Shown one piece after another: positions 27,652 through 36,809 of a DNA stretch of 64,000 nt (the stretch's first letter is position 1; the number at the start of each line of letters is the position of its first letter). Source of the stretch: Candidatus Aminicenantes bacterium. Its GTDB lineage: Bacteria > Acidobacteriota > Aminicenantia > Aminicenantales > JAFGBC01. The notes beneath the pieces were generated by a model. The model saw only the letters and a program-made list of their open reading frames with translations, did not search any database and was not told the DNA's origin. Where the stretch lies: assembly GCA_963702005.1 (NCBI GenBank), contig OY969696.1:2432001-2496000 (forward strand), read 5' to 3'. The translations under genes were made by a program, and so were the position numbers.

Positions 27652-28956
27652 ATGGGAATGCCGCTCCGCTCCGCTCCTTGCCGCGAGGACGGACCATCCT
27701 CGGGCAAGATTCCAGAGGACGCGCGGCATTCCCATCTTCAGCGCGCCATCGTCCATGTCGACATCGACGCTTTTTTCGCTTCGGTCGAGATCCTGCTCGA
27801 CCCGTCCCTCAAGGGCAGGCCCGTCATCGTCGGCGGCCTGCCCCACGAGCGGGGCGTCGCCTCGACCTGTTCCTACGAGGCCCGCAAGTATGGCGTCCAT
27901 TCCGGGATGCCGCTGCGGCGCTGTCAGCAGCTCTGTCCCCAGGGCGTCTTCATCCGCGGGAACCACCGGATCTATCAGGCCTTCTCGGAGAGGTTCTTCC
28001 GCATCCTTCGCGACTACACGCCCGACATCGAAGAGGCGTCCCTCGACGAGGCCTACCTCGACCTGACCCGCTGCCGCCGCCTCTATCCCTCCTTCAGCGC
28101 GGCGGCCCGGGACATGAAGAGCCGCGTCGAGCGCGAGACGGGGCTGTCCGTCTCGGTCGGAGCGGCTTCGAACAAGATCCTGGCCAAGCTCGCGACCAAG
28201 AAGGCCAAGCCGGGCGGCTTGTTCGAGCTCGTCTCGGGCGCGGAGGAGGAATTCCTGCGCGGCCTTCCGATCGAGGACCTGCCCGGGATCGGGCCCAAGG
28301 CCCAGGTCGTCCTCCGCCTGCTCAACGTCCAGACGATCGGCGACCTCTGGGGCCTGAGCCGCCCGACGCTCCACTCCCTGTTCGGAGCGGGCGGGGACGA
28401 GATCTATCTCCAGTCGCGGGGGATCGACGGCCGTCCCCTGGCGGACGCCTCCGTCCCCAAGAGCGTCTCGCGCGAGACGACCTTCCTCGAAGACCTCTGG
28501 GACGAACGGCTCCTGCTCGCCCATCTCGCCTACCTCTGCGACCGGCTGACCTTGGCCCTGCGGCGGGACGGGCTCTACGCCCACGTCATCGAGGTCAAGG
28601 CCCGCTATGCGGACTTCCGGACCGAGGTCCGGCGCCGTCTCGTCCTCTCGCCGCTCCAGGAGACGGGGAGGATTTTCCGGATCGCCGCCGAGCTCTTCCG
28701 CGGGCTCTTCACGGGGTCGCGGCTCGCCCTGAGGCTCGTCGGCGTCAAGGCCTCGGACCTGGCCCGGAGCCGGCCGCTCGCCCTGTTCGAGCCGTCCGCG
28801 GAGCGCGAGGAGAGGCTGGGCCGCGCCCTGGACGCGGTCCGCTCCAAGTACGGGTTCGGGTCCGTCCTGACCGTCCGGGAGCGGATGCTGGGCGCCCTCT
28901 ACGGTTTCGAGGCCGAGCACGGCTTCGTCCTCAAGACCGCCTCGCTCACGAAATGA
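27652..28956 (+). CDS. dinB: Y-family DNA polymerase IV (DinB-like) with intact catalytic motifs
   Basis: HVDIDAFFASVE, CSYEARKYGVHSGM, SLDEAYLD, NKILAKLA, KPGG, LPGIG, KSVSRETTF. Confidence 0.9.
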   Translation: MGMPLRSAPCREDGPSSGKIPEDARHSHLQRAIVHVDIDAFFASVEILLDPSLKGRPVIVGGLPHERGVASTCSYEARKYGVHSGMPLRRCQQLCPQGVFIRGNHRIYQAFSERFFRILRDYTPDIEEASLDEAYLDLTRCRRLYPSFSAAARDMKSRVERETGLSVSVGAASNKILAKLATKKAKPGGLFELVSGAEEEFLRGLPIEDLPGIGPKAQVVLRLLNVQTIGDLWGLSRPTLHSLFGAGGDEIYLQSRGIDGRPLADASVPKSVSRETTFLEDLWDERLLLAHLAYLCDRLTLALRRDGLYAHVIEVKARYADFRTEVRRRLVLSPLQETGRIFRIAAELFRGLFTGSRLALRLVGVKASDLARSRPLALFEPSAEREERLGRALDAVRSKYGFGSVLTVRERMLGALYGFEAEHGFVLKTASLTK

Positions 28957-28965
28957 GGCCCGGCC

Positions 28966-31761
28966 GTGTTCGTCCCGCTCCGCGTCCATTCCGTTTTCAG
29001 CAAAGGGAAGGGGAGCGTCCTGGTCGAGGAAGCGGCCGCCTGGACGGCGGCGAAGAAGCTTCCGGCCGCGGCCCTCGCCGACGTCGGGAACCTCTACGGC
29101 TGGAGCAGGTGGAAGCGGGCCGCCCGGGAGCGGGGCGTCGCCCCCCTGTTCGGCTGTGAGGTCGAAACCGGCCGGGGCCGGCTCCTGCTCCTTGTCCAGA
29201 GCCGCGAGGGGTACGGGAACCTCGTCGAAACGCTCAACCGCCGCGAGATGGGAAGCGGGGACGGGCTCGTCACGATCGTCCTTCCCAACCCGAAAGGTCC
29301 TGCTCCGGACATCTCCGCGGCCGACCTCTACATCGGCGCCGGGTTCGGGAATTTCAGGACGGCCCTCGAGCTGAGCCGGAGGAGCGGGCGTCCGCTCGTC
29401 TGGGTCAACCCCCTCAAGTACGTCGCCAGCCCCGAGCGGCTTATCCTCCTCCATGCCGTCGAGAAGAAACTGCCCTATCCTCCCGAGCGGGAGCGGCTCA
29501 AGGCCAAGGTCCGGCTCTACGGCCCGGACCAGGAAACGTTGGCACTCAAGAGGTTCGGCGCCGCGGCGGCCGACGCCCTCCTCCGGACCTTCGAGGTCGC
29601 CGAGAGGTGCCGGTTCGCCTTCGAGGACGTCGTCCCGCCCCTCCCGTCCGACCTGTTTCCCCACAGCCTGCGCGAGACGGTCGTGGCCCGGCTGACGGCC
29701 GCCAAGGCGCTCTCCTGGCGGGAGCGGGAGCGGGCCCGCCGCGAGCTCGAGGCCATCGAGGCCTCGGGCTTCGCGCCCTACTTCCTCATCGTCCACGACG
29801 TCGTCGAGTTCGCCCGGCGCCGCGGCATCCTCCACAACCTGCGCGGCTCGGGAGCTTCCTCGTTCCTGGCTTTCCTGCTCGGCGTCTCCCATATCAACCC
29901 CCTCGACTTCGACCTCTACTTCGAGCGCTTCCTGAACCGGGGCCGGCCCGACCCGCCCGACATCGACCTCGACTTCGACTCGCGCCGCCGCGACGAGGTC
30001 CTGGCCTACGTCCTCGAGCGCTACGGGAAGGGACGGACGGGCGCCGCCTACGTCTCGAGCGTCAAAAGCTTCGGGGCCCGCTCCGCCCTGTACGAGACGG
30101 CCCGGGCCTTGGGCGTCGCGCCCGAGGAGGCCCGGCAGCTGGCCAAGCGGGCCCCGGTCTTCGCCGAGCCGGCCTCCCTGCGGCGGGCCGCGCCGGCCCC
30201 GGGCTTCCTCGAGGTCTGGCAGCTCGCCGCCGAGCTCGACGGCGCCTACGCCGAAAGCTCGCTCCACGTGGGCGGAGTCATCCTGACGCCGGCGCCGGTC
30301 GAACGGTTCCTGCCGCTCGAGACTTCGGCCAAAGGCCTCCTCATGTGCCACTTCGACAAGGACGCCGTCGAGGACCTGAAGCTCATCAAGCTCGACCTCC
30401 TCTCGGTTCGCGGCCTGGCCGCCGTCTCGGAGACGAAGGAGAGGCTCCGCCTCCGGAGCCTGCCCGAGGACGACGTCGAGACCTGGAGTCTCGTCGCCAA
30501 GGCCCGGACGATCGGCTGCTTCCAAGTCGAGAGCCCGGCCATGATGAACCTTCTGCGTCGGATGAAGCCGCGGACCGTCCGGGACCTGACCCAGGCCCTG
30601 GCCCTGATCCGGCCCGGCCCGACCGAGAGCGGGATGAAGGAGGCCCTCCTCCGGAGCCGGGAGGGACGGGGCGAGGGCCGCGATCCCTTGTGGACGCGGG
30701 TCTTGCCCGAGACGGACGGCTTTCTCCTCTATGAGGAACAGGTCATGCAGGTCGCGGAGCGCGTGGCGGGCTTCCCCGCCGAGACGGGCGACCTCCTCCG
30801 CCGCTGCCTCAAACGGAAGGGCGGCGATCCGTCCCTCCGCGCCCGCTTCGTCCGGGAGGCGCTGGAGCGCGGCTATACGGACGACGAGGTCGAAAGGCTG
30901 TGGGCCGTCATGGAACGGTTCTCGTCCTACTCCTTTAACAAGGCTCACAGCGCCTCCTACGCCCACATGGCCTACCAGGCCGCCTACCTCAAGGCCCACC
31001 ACCCCGTCCCGTACCTCGCGGCCGTCCTCAACGCCGGCGGCGGCTATTACGGCCTCGAGGAGTACGTCGAGGAGGCCAAGCGGTCGGGCATCCGCATCCT
31101 CGGCCCCGACGCGAACCGGAGCCGCGGCGGGTTCGAGGTCGAAGGGGCCGCCATCCGGGTCGGCCTGACCGCCATCAAGGGCCTCGGCCTCAAGACGGTC
31201 GAGGCCGTCCTCCGCGAGAGGGAGGGGGGAGGGCCGTTCGGCTCGGTCGAGGACTTCCTGGCGCGGGTCCGGCCGGCCAAGGCGGAGCTGCTGGCCCTCG
31301 TCCGGGCCGGCGTCTTCGATTCCCTCGAACCGCGCCGGACGCGGCAGATCCTCCGCTACGTCCAGGGCCTCGGGGATATGGAAGAGGTCGCGGACATCGA
31401 CGCCAGGGAGAAGGAACGGATGCTGGCCGCCTCGCTGGGGTTCAGTCCCGGGACCGACCCGCTCGAGTTCTTCGAAGGGAAGCGGCCCGGGCTCCGCATC
31501 CGCGACCTCCCGGACCGGGTCGGCCGAACGGTCGAGCTCGTCGTCCGCGTCGTGGACGCCCGGGAGAAGAGAGTCAACGGCGGACGGGCCTCTAAGTATT
31601 TCTACCTGTTCGAGGACGAGACCGGCCTCCTCGAGGGCGTGAGCGAGGCACGGCTGCTCGCCTTCGGGACGCCGCCGGCCTGCTGCCTGCGGGGCGAGGT
31701 CCGCTCCGCCGGGACGGGCCGGGTCAAGCTCCTCGGTTGTTCCTTCCTCCGCTCTTTCTGA
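28966..31761 (+). CDS. dnaE2: Error-prone C-family polymerase alpha subunit (DnaE2-like), compact
   Basis: YFLIVHD, RGSGASS, FERFLN, PDIDLDF, KLDLL, TIGCFQVESPAM, YSFNKAHSASY; co-transcribed with lexA and dinB. Confidence 0.85.
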   Translation: MFVPLRVHSVFSKGKGSVLVEEAAAWTAAKKLPAAALADVGNLYGWSRWKRAARERGVAPLFGCEVETGRGRLLLLVQSREGYGNLVETLNRREMGSGDGLVTIVLPNPKGPAPDISAADLYIGAGFGNFRTALELSRRSGRPLVWVNPLKYVASPERLILLHAVEKKLPYPPERERLKAKVRLYGPDQETLALKRFGAAAADALLRTFEVAERCRFAFEDVVPPLPSDLFPHSLRETVVARLTAAKALSWRERERARRELEAIEASGFAPYFLIVHDVVEFARRRGILHNLRGSGASSFLAFLLGVSHINPLDFDLYFERFLNRGRPDPPDIDLDFDSRRRDEVLAYVLERYGKGRTGAAYVSSVKSFGARSALYETARALGVAPEEARQLAKRAPVFAEPASLRRAAPAPGFLEVWQLAAELDGAYAESSLHVGGVILTPAPVERFLPLETSAKGLLMCHFDKDAVEDLKLIKLDLLSVRGLAAVSETKERLRLRSLPEDDVETWSLVAKARTIGCFQVESPAMMNLLRRMKPRTVRDLTQALALIRPGPTESGMKEALLRSREGRGEGRDPLWTRVLPETDGFLLYEEQVMQVAERVAGFPAETGDLLRRCLKRKGGDPSLRARFVREALERGYTDDEVERLWAVMERFSSYSFNKAHSASYAHMAYQAAYLKAHHPVPYLAAVLNAGGGYYGLEEYVEEAKRSGIRILGPDANRSRGGFEVEGAAIRVGLTAIKGLGLKTVEAVLREREGGGPFGSVEDFLARVRPAKAELLALVRAGVFDSLEPRRTRQILRYVQGLGDMEEVADIDAREKERMLAASLGFSPGTDPLEFFEGKRPGLRIRDLPDRVGRTVELVVRVVDAREKRVNGGRASKYFYLFEDETGLLEGVSEARLLAFGTPPACCLRGEVRSAGTGRVKLLGCSFLRSF

Positions 31762-32115
31762 CCCGTTCGCCGATGCTACCCCGCCTTGAAAGGCGGGGCT
31801 AAAAATCGGAGCCCCGCCTTTCAAGGCGGGGACGAGAAGCGACACTTTTGTACTCAGCCCTTTTAGCAAGGAATGGGGCTGAGTAGGCTCAGGGTTAACC
31901 CTAATCAAGCCCCGGCATTCAGCACTCATGAACCGGAAACGGTTCATGAGTACAGTCGCTCCAATGCCTGTACTACGCGGATCCCACAGAATTGAGTCCA
32001 TGGAGCTCCAGGCCGGGGAGCAGCCTTGCAGCACCCATACTAAACCGTTTCCCGTTTAGTATGGGTACTGCGAAACGCCTGCACTCATGGCTTCCATGGG
32101 TGTCGATGGGTTGAC
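31759..32115 (+). repeat. Modular hairpin repeat, copy B (long, multi-hairpin mosaic)
   Basis: Same ends as copies A and C; internal inverted repeats at 31779-31831, 31851-31885, 31922-31953, 32028-32071 and 32081-32103. Confidence 0.9.
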
Positions 32116-32405
32116 TCAACTCTGGGAAATATCGACGCGGGCCACGGAAGGATTCGGCGTCAGGCGGATCGTCGTCCGCAGCGCCGTCGTCCTGGGACGC
32201 GCCGGAGGTGCTCTGCCGACGTTCGAACGGATGTTCCGGCTCCGCCTGGCCGGCATTCCGGGCGGCGGCCGCCAATGGTTCCCCTGGATTCATCTCATGG
32301 ACGAGGTCCGGGCCATGGTCTTTCTCTTGGAGCGGGACGACCTGAGCGGCGTCTTCAACCTCGCCGCGCCCTCGGCCGTTCCGATGGCCGGATTCATCCG
32401 CGCTT
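32116..32405 (+). pseudogene. Internal fragment of a TIGR01777/YfcH-family epimerase
   Basis: WE...GVRRIVVRSAVVLGRAGGALP...GGGRQWFPWIHLMDEVRAMVFLLE...LSGVFNLAAP; no Rossmann N-terminus and no normal C-terminus. Boundaries approximate. Confidence 0.75.
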
Positions 32406-32441
32406 CAAAATCTGTTCGCCGCCGCCGGCCCGGAGTCTTAA

Positions 32442-33686
32442 TTAGACGAGGATCTCTTTAGGGATGGGCCGCGAATTGTAGTGGGAGGCCATGGAGCGCG
32501 AATAGCCGCCCGCGCAGAGCACGGCCAGGATGTCGCCCCGGCGGGGCATCGGCATAAGCCGCTCCTTGCCGAAGACGTCGCCCGTTTCGCAGAGATGGCC
32601 GGCCACGGTCACCCGGACTTTCTTCGGCCCGTCGATGCGGCTCGCGTTGACGATTTCGTGGGAGGCCTGGGCGTAGACGGCGGGACGCGGCACCGTGTTG
32701 AAGGTCCCGGCGTTGACGCAGGCGATGACATGACCGTAGCTCTCTTTGACGTAGACGACCCGGAGAAGGAGGACGCCGGCATCGGCGACGAGGGCTTTGC
32801 CCGGTTCCACGGCCAGCGCCTTGACGGAGAGTCCGGACTTGGCCATGGTCCGGACGATGAGGCGGACATAGTCCTCAACCGGAAATAATCCCTGGGTCCG
32901 GTAGAACCTCGGTCCGAACCCGCCCCCGAAGTCCAGAAACTCGAGGCGGACACCGCTTTTCTCGAGCTCGACGGCTTTGCGGACGATCCTGCGGACGGCC
33001 TCCTTGACGGCCGGAAAATCTTCGTGGACCCAGCCCGAGCCGAGATGCTGGTGGAGGCCGACCGGGACGAAGCCGAACCGGATGGCCCGCTCGAAGACCC
33101 GGCCGACCTTGGCCTCCTCGACGCCGAACTTGACGGGCGTCCCGTCCGCGGATCTCTGCCCGGCCGTGACGGCCCGCGGGCTGAAACCTCGGCCCAGTCC
33201 CGGGTTCCAGCGGACGGCGACCCGGATCCGGCGCCGCCGGAACCAGCGGTCGCGGATTTCTTTCATGACCTCGAGCTGCTCGAGAGCGTCGATGTTGACG
33301 GTCAGTCCGCCGTAGACGAAGACGGACCGGAGGTCCTCCTCGGAGACGCTGGTTCCCGTGTAGAGGATTCGATCAGCCGGGAAGCCGGCTTCCAGTGCCG
33401 CCCGGACCTCGCCCGGCGAGACGGTGTCGACCCAAGCCCCGCGCTTTTCGAGGAGCTTGAGGATTCCCGGGTGGGGATTGGCCTTGGCCGCGAAGGCGAT
33501 CCGCGCCTCAAGTCCGCCGCCGGCTTCGGCGAAGAGGCGGCGCAGGGAATCGAAGTTGTGGAGGATGCGGGACCGGCCGTAGATATAGAGGGGCGTCCCT
33601 TGCCGTTCGGCGATGTCCCGGGCGCGCCGTCCCGCGATCGTGAGTTCGTTGTCTTCAACCTTCAGGAATTCATTGGTCCACCACAT
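32442..33686 (-). CDS. lysA: Diaminopimelate decarboxylase
   Basis: GTPLYIY, AAKANP, VSPGE, KFGV, HQHLGSG, DFGGGF, EPGK, LCETGD, GGYSRSMASHYNSRP. Confidence 0.85.
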   Translation of the reverse strand: MWWTNEFLKVEDNELTIAGRRARDIAERQGTPLYIYGRSRILHNFDSLRRLFAEAGGGLEARIAFAAKANPHPGILKLLEKRGAWVDTVSPGEVRAALEAGFPADRILYTGTSVSEEDLRSVFVYGGLTVNIDALEQLEVMKEIRDRWFRRRRIRVAVRWNPGLGRGFSPRAVTAGQRSADGTPVKFGVEEAKVGRVFERAIRFGFVPVGLHQHLGSGWVHEDFPAVKEAVRRIVRKAVELEKSGVRLEFLDFGGGFGPRFYRTQGLFPVEDYVRLIVRTMAKSGLSVKALAVEPGKALVADAGVLLLRVVYVKESYGHVIACVNAGTFNTVPRPAVYAQASHEIVNASRIDGPKKVRVTVAGHLCETGDVFGKERLMPMPRRGDILAVLCAGGYSRSMASHYNSRPIPKEILV

Positions 33687-33701
33687 CGTGCTCCGTCCCG
33701 A

Positions 33702-34607
33702 TCAGAATTTGGGTTCCTCGTCGAACAGGTCGAACTGCCCGTCCTTGATCTTCTTGACGATGTCTTTGAGGACGGGGTAGGTATCGAGGAGGAGGGCAGG
33801 GATGTCGAGTTTGTCTCCGCTGATCATGTTCTTGATCTGAAGGGCGTTGGCCATGGCCTGGCCCCGGTAATGGTTGTTGGTGATGACGAAGACCCGGCCG
33901 CTCGCCCTTCCCAGGGCCTTGATGCGCTCGATCCACTCCGAGAGCTCCTCCCGGCCGTACAGATAATTGTAGCGATCGTCGCGGCCCGCTTCCTTGCGGA
34001 ACCAGTCCTTGGCGTTGCGGCCGTGGAATCGGACATAGGCGAAGCGGGGGGCCGTTGCGATCGCACTCGGCTTGATGGAATCGCCGATCAAGGGCTGGTC
34101 GATGTTGCAAAAGGCGACCCCGTGCTCGCGGAGCAGGGCATAGAACGGCGGCGTGTCCCAGGAGGCGTGACGGACCTCGACGGCCAGGGGGTGGTCCGCG
34201 AACATCCGGAACAGGCCCGTCAGATATTCCGTCTGGGCGGGCGTATTCCGGAAAGACCAGGGGAATTGGAGGAGGAGAGCGGCCAGCCTGTTCCGGATCA
34301 GCAAGGGGGCGATCCCGGCCTTGAAAGCGTCGACGTCCTTGGGGCCGAATCCCTGCCGCTCGTGGCTGAAAACGCTGTGGAGCTTGACGGACAGCAGAAA
34401 ATCGGGAAAGGGCTCGAGCTTCTTAGCCCAGGCCAGGCTCATCGCCGGGGACGGCACGCGGTAGAACGTGCTGTTGACCTCGACGATGTTGATGTAGGCG
34501 GCCAGGAAGACGAGGGGATGAAAGCCGCGCCCCTTGGCGGGCGGGTAGACGATCCCCTCCCAATCCTCGTAGCTCCAGCCGGCCGTTCCGACGTAATACT
34601 TCGTCAT
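33702..34607 (-). CDS. DUF72 (YecE-like) protein
   Basis: VGTAGWSYEDW, VEVNSTFY, LLQFP, VEVRHASW, YVRFHGRN, YNYLY, NNH. Confidence 0.92.
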   Translation of the reverse strand: MTKYYVGTAGWSYEDWEGIVYPPAKGRGFHPLVFLAAYINIVEVNSTFYRVPSPAMSLAWAKKLEPFPDFLLSVKLHSVFSHERQGFGPKDVDAFKAGIAPLLIRNRLAALLLQFPWSFRNTPAQTEYLTGLFRMFADHPLAVEVRHASWDTPPFYALLREHGVAFCNIDQPLIGDSIKPSAIATAPRFAYVRFHGRNAKDWFRKEAGRDDRYNYLYGREELSEWIERIKALGRASGRVFVITNNHYRGQAMANALQIKNMISGDKLDIPALLLDTYPVLKDIVKKIKDGQFDLFDEEPKF

Positions 34608-34729
34608 TGGCCGTATTGTATCAAAAATGGTCGCTGCCGCCCATTTCAAAAACTTCTCTCATTCCTGATCCCCAGGCCACGATTATTCGCTGGGCAACCG
34701 GATGGCGATTAACGCTATAAACAAGTACA

Positions 34730-35719
34730 ATGAAGCCTGCGGAACGAAACGAGGCCGCGGACATGAACCTGGACTTTATAAGCGGCGTCGAGCGCGCCTA
34801 CCGCCGCATCAAGGTTGACATCCTTAGGACCGAGCTCACGGCCGATACGGAGTTGAGCCGCGCCCACGATGCCGATGTCCAAATTAAATGGGAGAGCCGG
34901 CAACGGACGGGCTCCTTCAAGCTTCGCGGCGCCCTCAACAAGATCCGGTCCCTGCCCGCTTCCCGCAACGAGACGGGGCTCGTTTCCGCTTCGACCGGAA
35001 ATCACGGGCTCGCCATGTGCTGGGCCGCCTCGCGCGAAGCCGTCCCGCTCGTCCTGTTCCTTCCCGAGACGGTCGCAGCCCACAAGCTGGACATGCTCAG
35101 GCGGTTTCCGGTCCTTATCGAATTACGCGGCGGGAGTTGCGAGGAGGCCGAGGCCCAGGGCCGGCGCTGGGCGGAGGAGACGGCGCGGATATTCGTTTCG
35201 CCTTACAACGATGCCGAGGTCGTCTTCGGCCAGGGCACGGTCGGCCTCGAGATCTACGAACAAGCCCGGGACGTCCAGGATGTCTTGGTCCCGGTCGGCG
35301 GCGGAGGGCTGGCGGCCGGGATCGCCGGTTACCTCAAATCGCGCGATCCGCGCGTCCGGGTCGTCGGCGTGGAGCCGGAGGCGTCCGCTTTCATGGCCGC
35401 CTCGATCCGGGCCGGCCGGATCGTCTCGATTCCGGAACGGCCGACGGCGGCCGATGCCGTGGCCGGAGGGATCGAGCCGGGCTCGATCACCTTCGACCTG
35501 TGCCGGGCTCTCATTGATGATTGGATCGGGGTGACCGAAGAATCTCTCCGCGAAGCGGGAGCCGTCATGAACGGCGGCGGCCGGGGCCCGGTCGAGCCCG
35601 CCGGCGCGCTGGCCTTGGCCGGGCTCCTATCCAGGCCGGAGCGTTTCCAGGGCCGTTCCGTCGTCCTCGTCGCGAGCGGCGGGAACTCCGCCCGTCTCCC
35701 CAAAAACGGGAGCCCCTAA
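34730..35719 (+). CDS. Threonine/serine dehydratase-family PLP enzyme
   Basis: TGSFKLRGA, ASTGNHG, GQGTVGLE, PVGGGGL, SGGN; the start may be ATG 34763. Confidence 0.88.
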   Translation: MKPAERNEAADMNLDFISGVERAYRRIKVDILRTELTADTELSRAHDADVQIKWESRQRTGSFKLRGALNKIRSLPASRNETGLVSASTGNHGLAMCWAASREAVPLVLFLPETVAAHKLDMLRRFPVLIELRGGSCEEAEAQGRRWAEETARIFVSPYNDAEVVFGQGTVGLEIYEQARDVQDVLVPVGGGGLAAGIAGYLKSRDPRVRVVGVEPEASAFMAASIRAGRIVSIPERPTAADAVAGGIEPGSITFDLCRALIDDWIGVTEESLREAGAVMNGGGRGPVEPAGALALAGLLSRPERFQGRSVVLVASGGNSARLPKNGSP

Positions 35720-35786
35720 AACGCGCAGGGAAAAGGATTGCCCTCGGTCGCGATTTTTCTTATGATGAAGAGGACGCGGCGCGGAT

Positions 35787-36791
35787 ATGATTAAACGGAT
35801 CCTGGGACTGGCTGCGATCGGCCTTCTCCTCAACGGCTGTCGGAACGCGGAACCCCCGTCCGCTCCGGCGTCCGTCGCCAAGCCCCTCTATTCCATCGGC
35901 ATCTTTCAGTATACGGATTCTCCGACCCTCAACGAAGTCAGGTCCGGCCTTCTGCGGGCCCTCGCCGAGGCAGGGCTCAAGGAAGGCGTCAACGTCCGTC
36001 TCGACATCCGCCTCGCCAAAGGGGATATCGCCGAGGTTCAACGGATCGCCCAGGAATTCGCCGCCGCTAAGCTCGACCTGGTCGTCCCCCTTTCGACCCA
36101 ATGCCTGCAGGCGGCCCTGATCGAGATGCCGACGACTCCGACCGTCTTCTCCTCCGTCGCCAATCCCTACATCCTCGGGGCCGGCCGGACCCCGACCGAC
36201 CATCTCGGCCACGTCACCGGCATCGTCTCGACCGGACCGGTCCGCCAGATGATCTCTTTCATCAGAGAAGTCCTGCCGCGGGCCCGCCGGGTCGGAACGC
36301 TCTGGACGCCCTCGGAGATCAACTCCGAGTACTATCTGGAGCTCGCCCGGGAAGCGGCCGCCTCAGTCGACCTGGAGCTTGTCGGCGTTCCCGTGACGAA
36401 CGCCAACGAGATTCCGATGTCGGCCCAACTCCTCCTCAACAGGAAAATCGATGCCCTGTATCCCATCTCCGATAACACGCTCAACGCCGCCTTCTCCGTC
36501 CTGGGGCGGGTGGCCGACGAAGAACGAATCCCCCTCTTCGGCGGGTTTATTCTCTCGACGAGCCTCGGGGCTTGCGCGGCGATGGGATTCAACTTTTCCG
36601 ACATGGGCTATAAAACAGGTCAGATCGTCCTTCGCGTCAAGAACGGCGAGAGCCCCGGTCGCATCCCCTTCCAATCCATGGAGAGCGTCAAGCTCTTCCT
36701 CAACCTCAAGGCCGCCGAGCGGCAGGGCCTCCGGTTCGCTCCCGATATTCTCAAGAAGGCGGACCGGATCTTGTCCGATTCGAATCCCTGA
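35787..36791 (+). CDS. ABC transporter substrate-binding lipoprotein (ABC_sub_bind type), with no permease adjacent
   Basis: Lipobox LNGC; PTVFSSVANP, HVTG, SEINS, DNT, LFLNLKAA. Confidence 0.8.
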   Translation: MIKRILGLAAIGLLLNGCRNAEPPSAPASVAKPLYSIGIFQYTDSPTLNEVRSGLLRALAEAGLKEGVNVRLDIRLAKGDIAEVQRIAQEFAAAKLDLVVPLSTQCLQAALIEMPTTPTVFSSVANPYILGAGRTPTDHLGHVTGIVSTGPVRQMISFIREVLPRARRVGTLWTPSEINSEYYLELAREAAASVDLELVGVPVTNANEIPMSAQLLLNRKIDALYPISDNTLNAAFSVLGRVADEERIPLFGGFILSTSLGACAAMGFNFSDMGYKTGQIVLRVKNGESPGRIPFQSMESVKLFLNLKAAERQGLRFAPDILKKADRILSDSNP

Positions 36792-36809
36792 ACCCGAGCG
36801 GCCCGGCCC

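Noticed and set aside
27424-32034. 1536-aa minus-strand ORF
   Set aside because: Antisense shadow of lexA-dinB-dnaE2; no motifs; long antisense frames are expected at high GC and occur throughout this window.
31759-32115. Possible CRISPR array or integron attC cluster
   Set aside because: Units are not identical direct repeats with regular unique spacers; no cas or integrase genes; no cassette ORFs between the hairpins.
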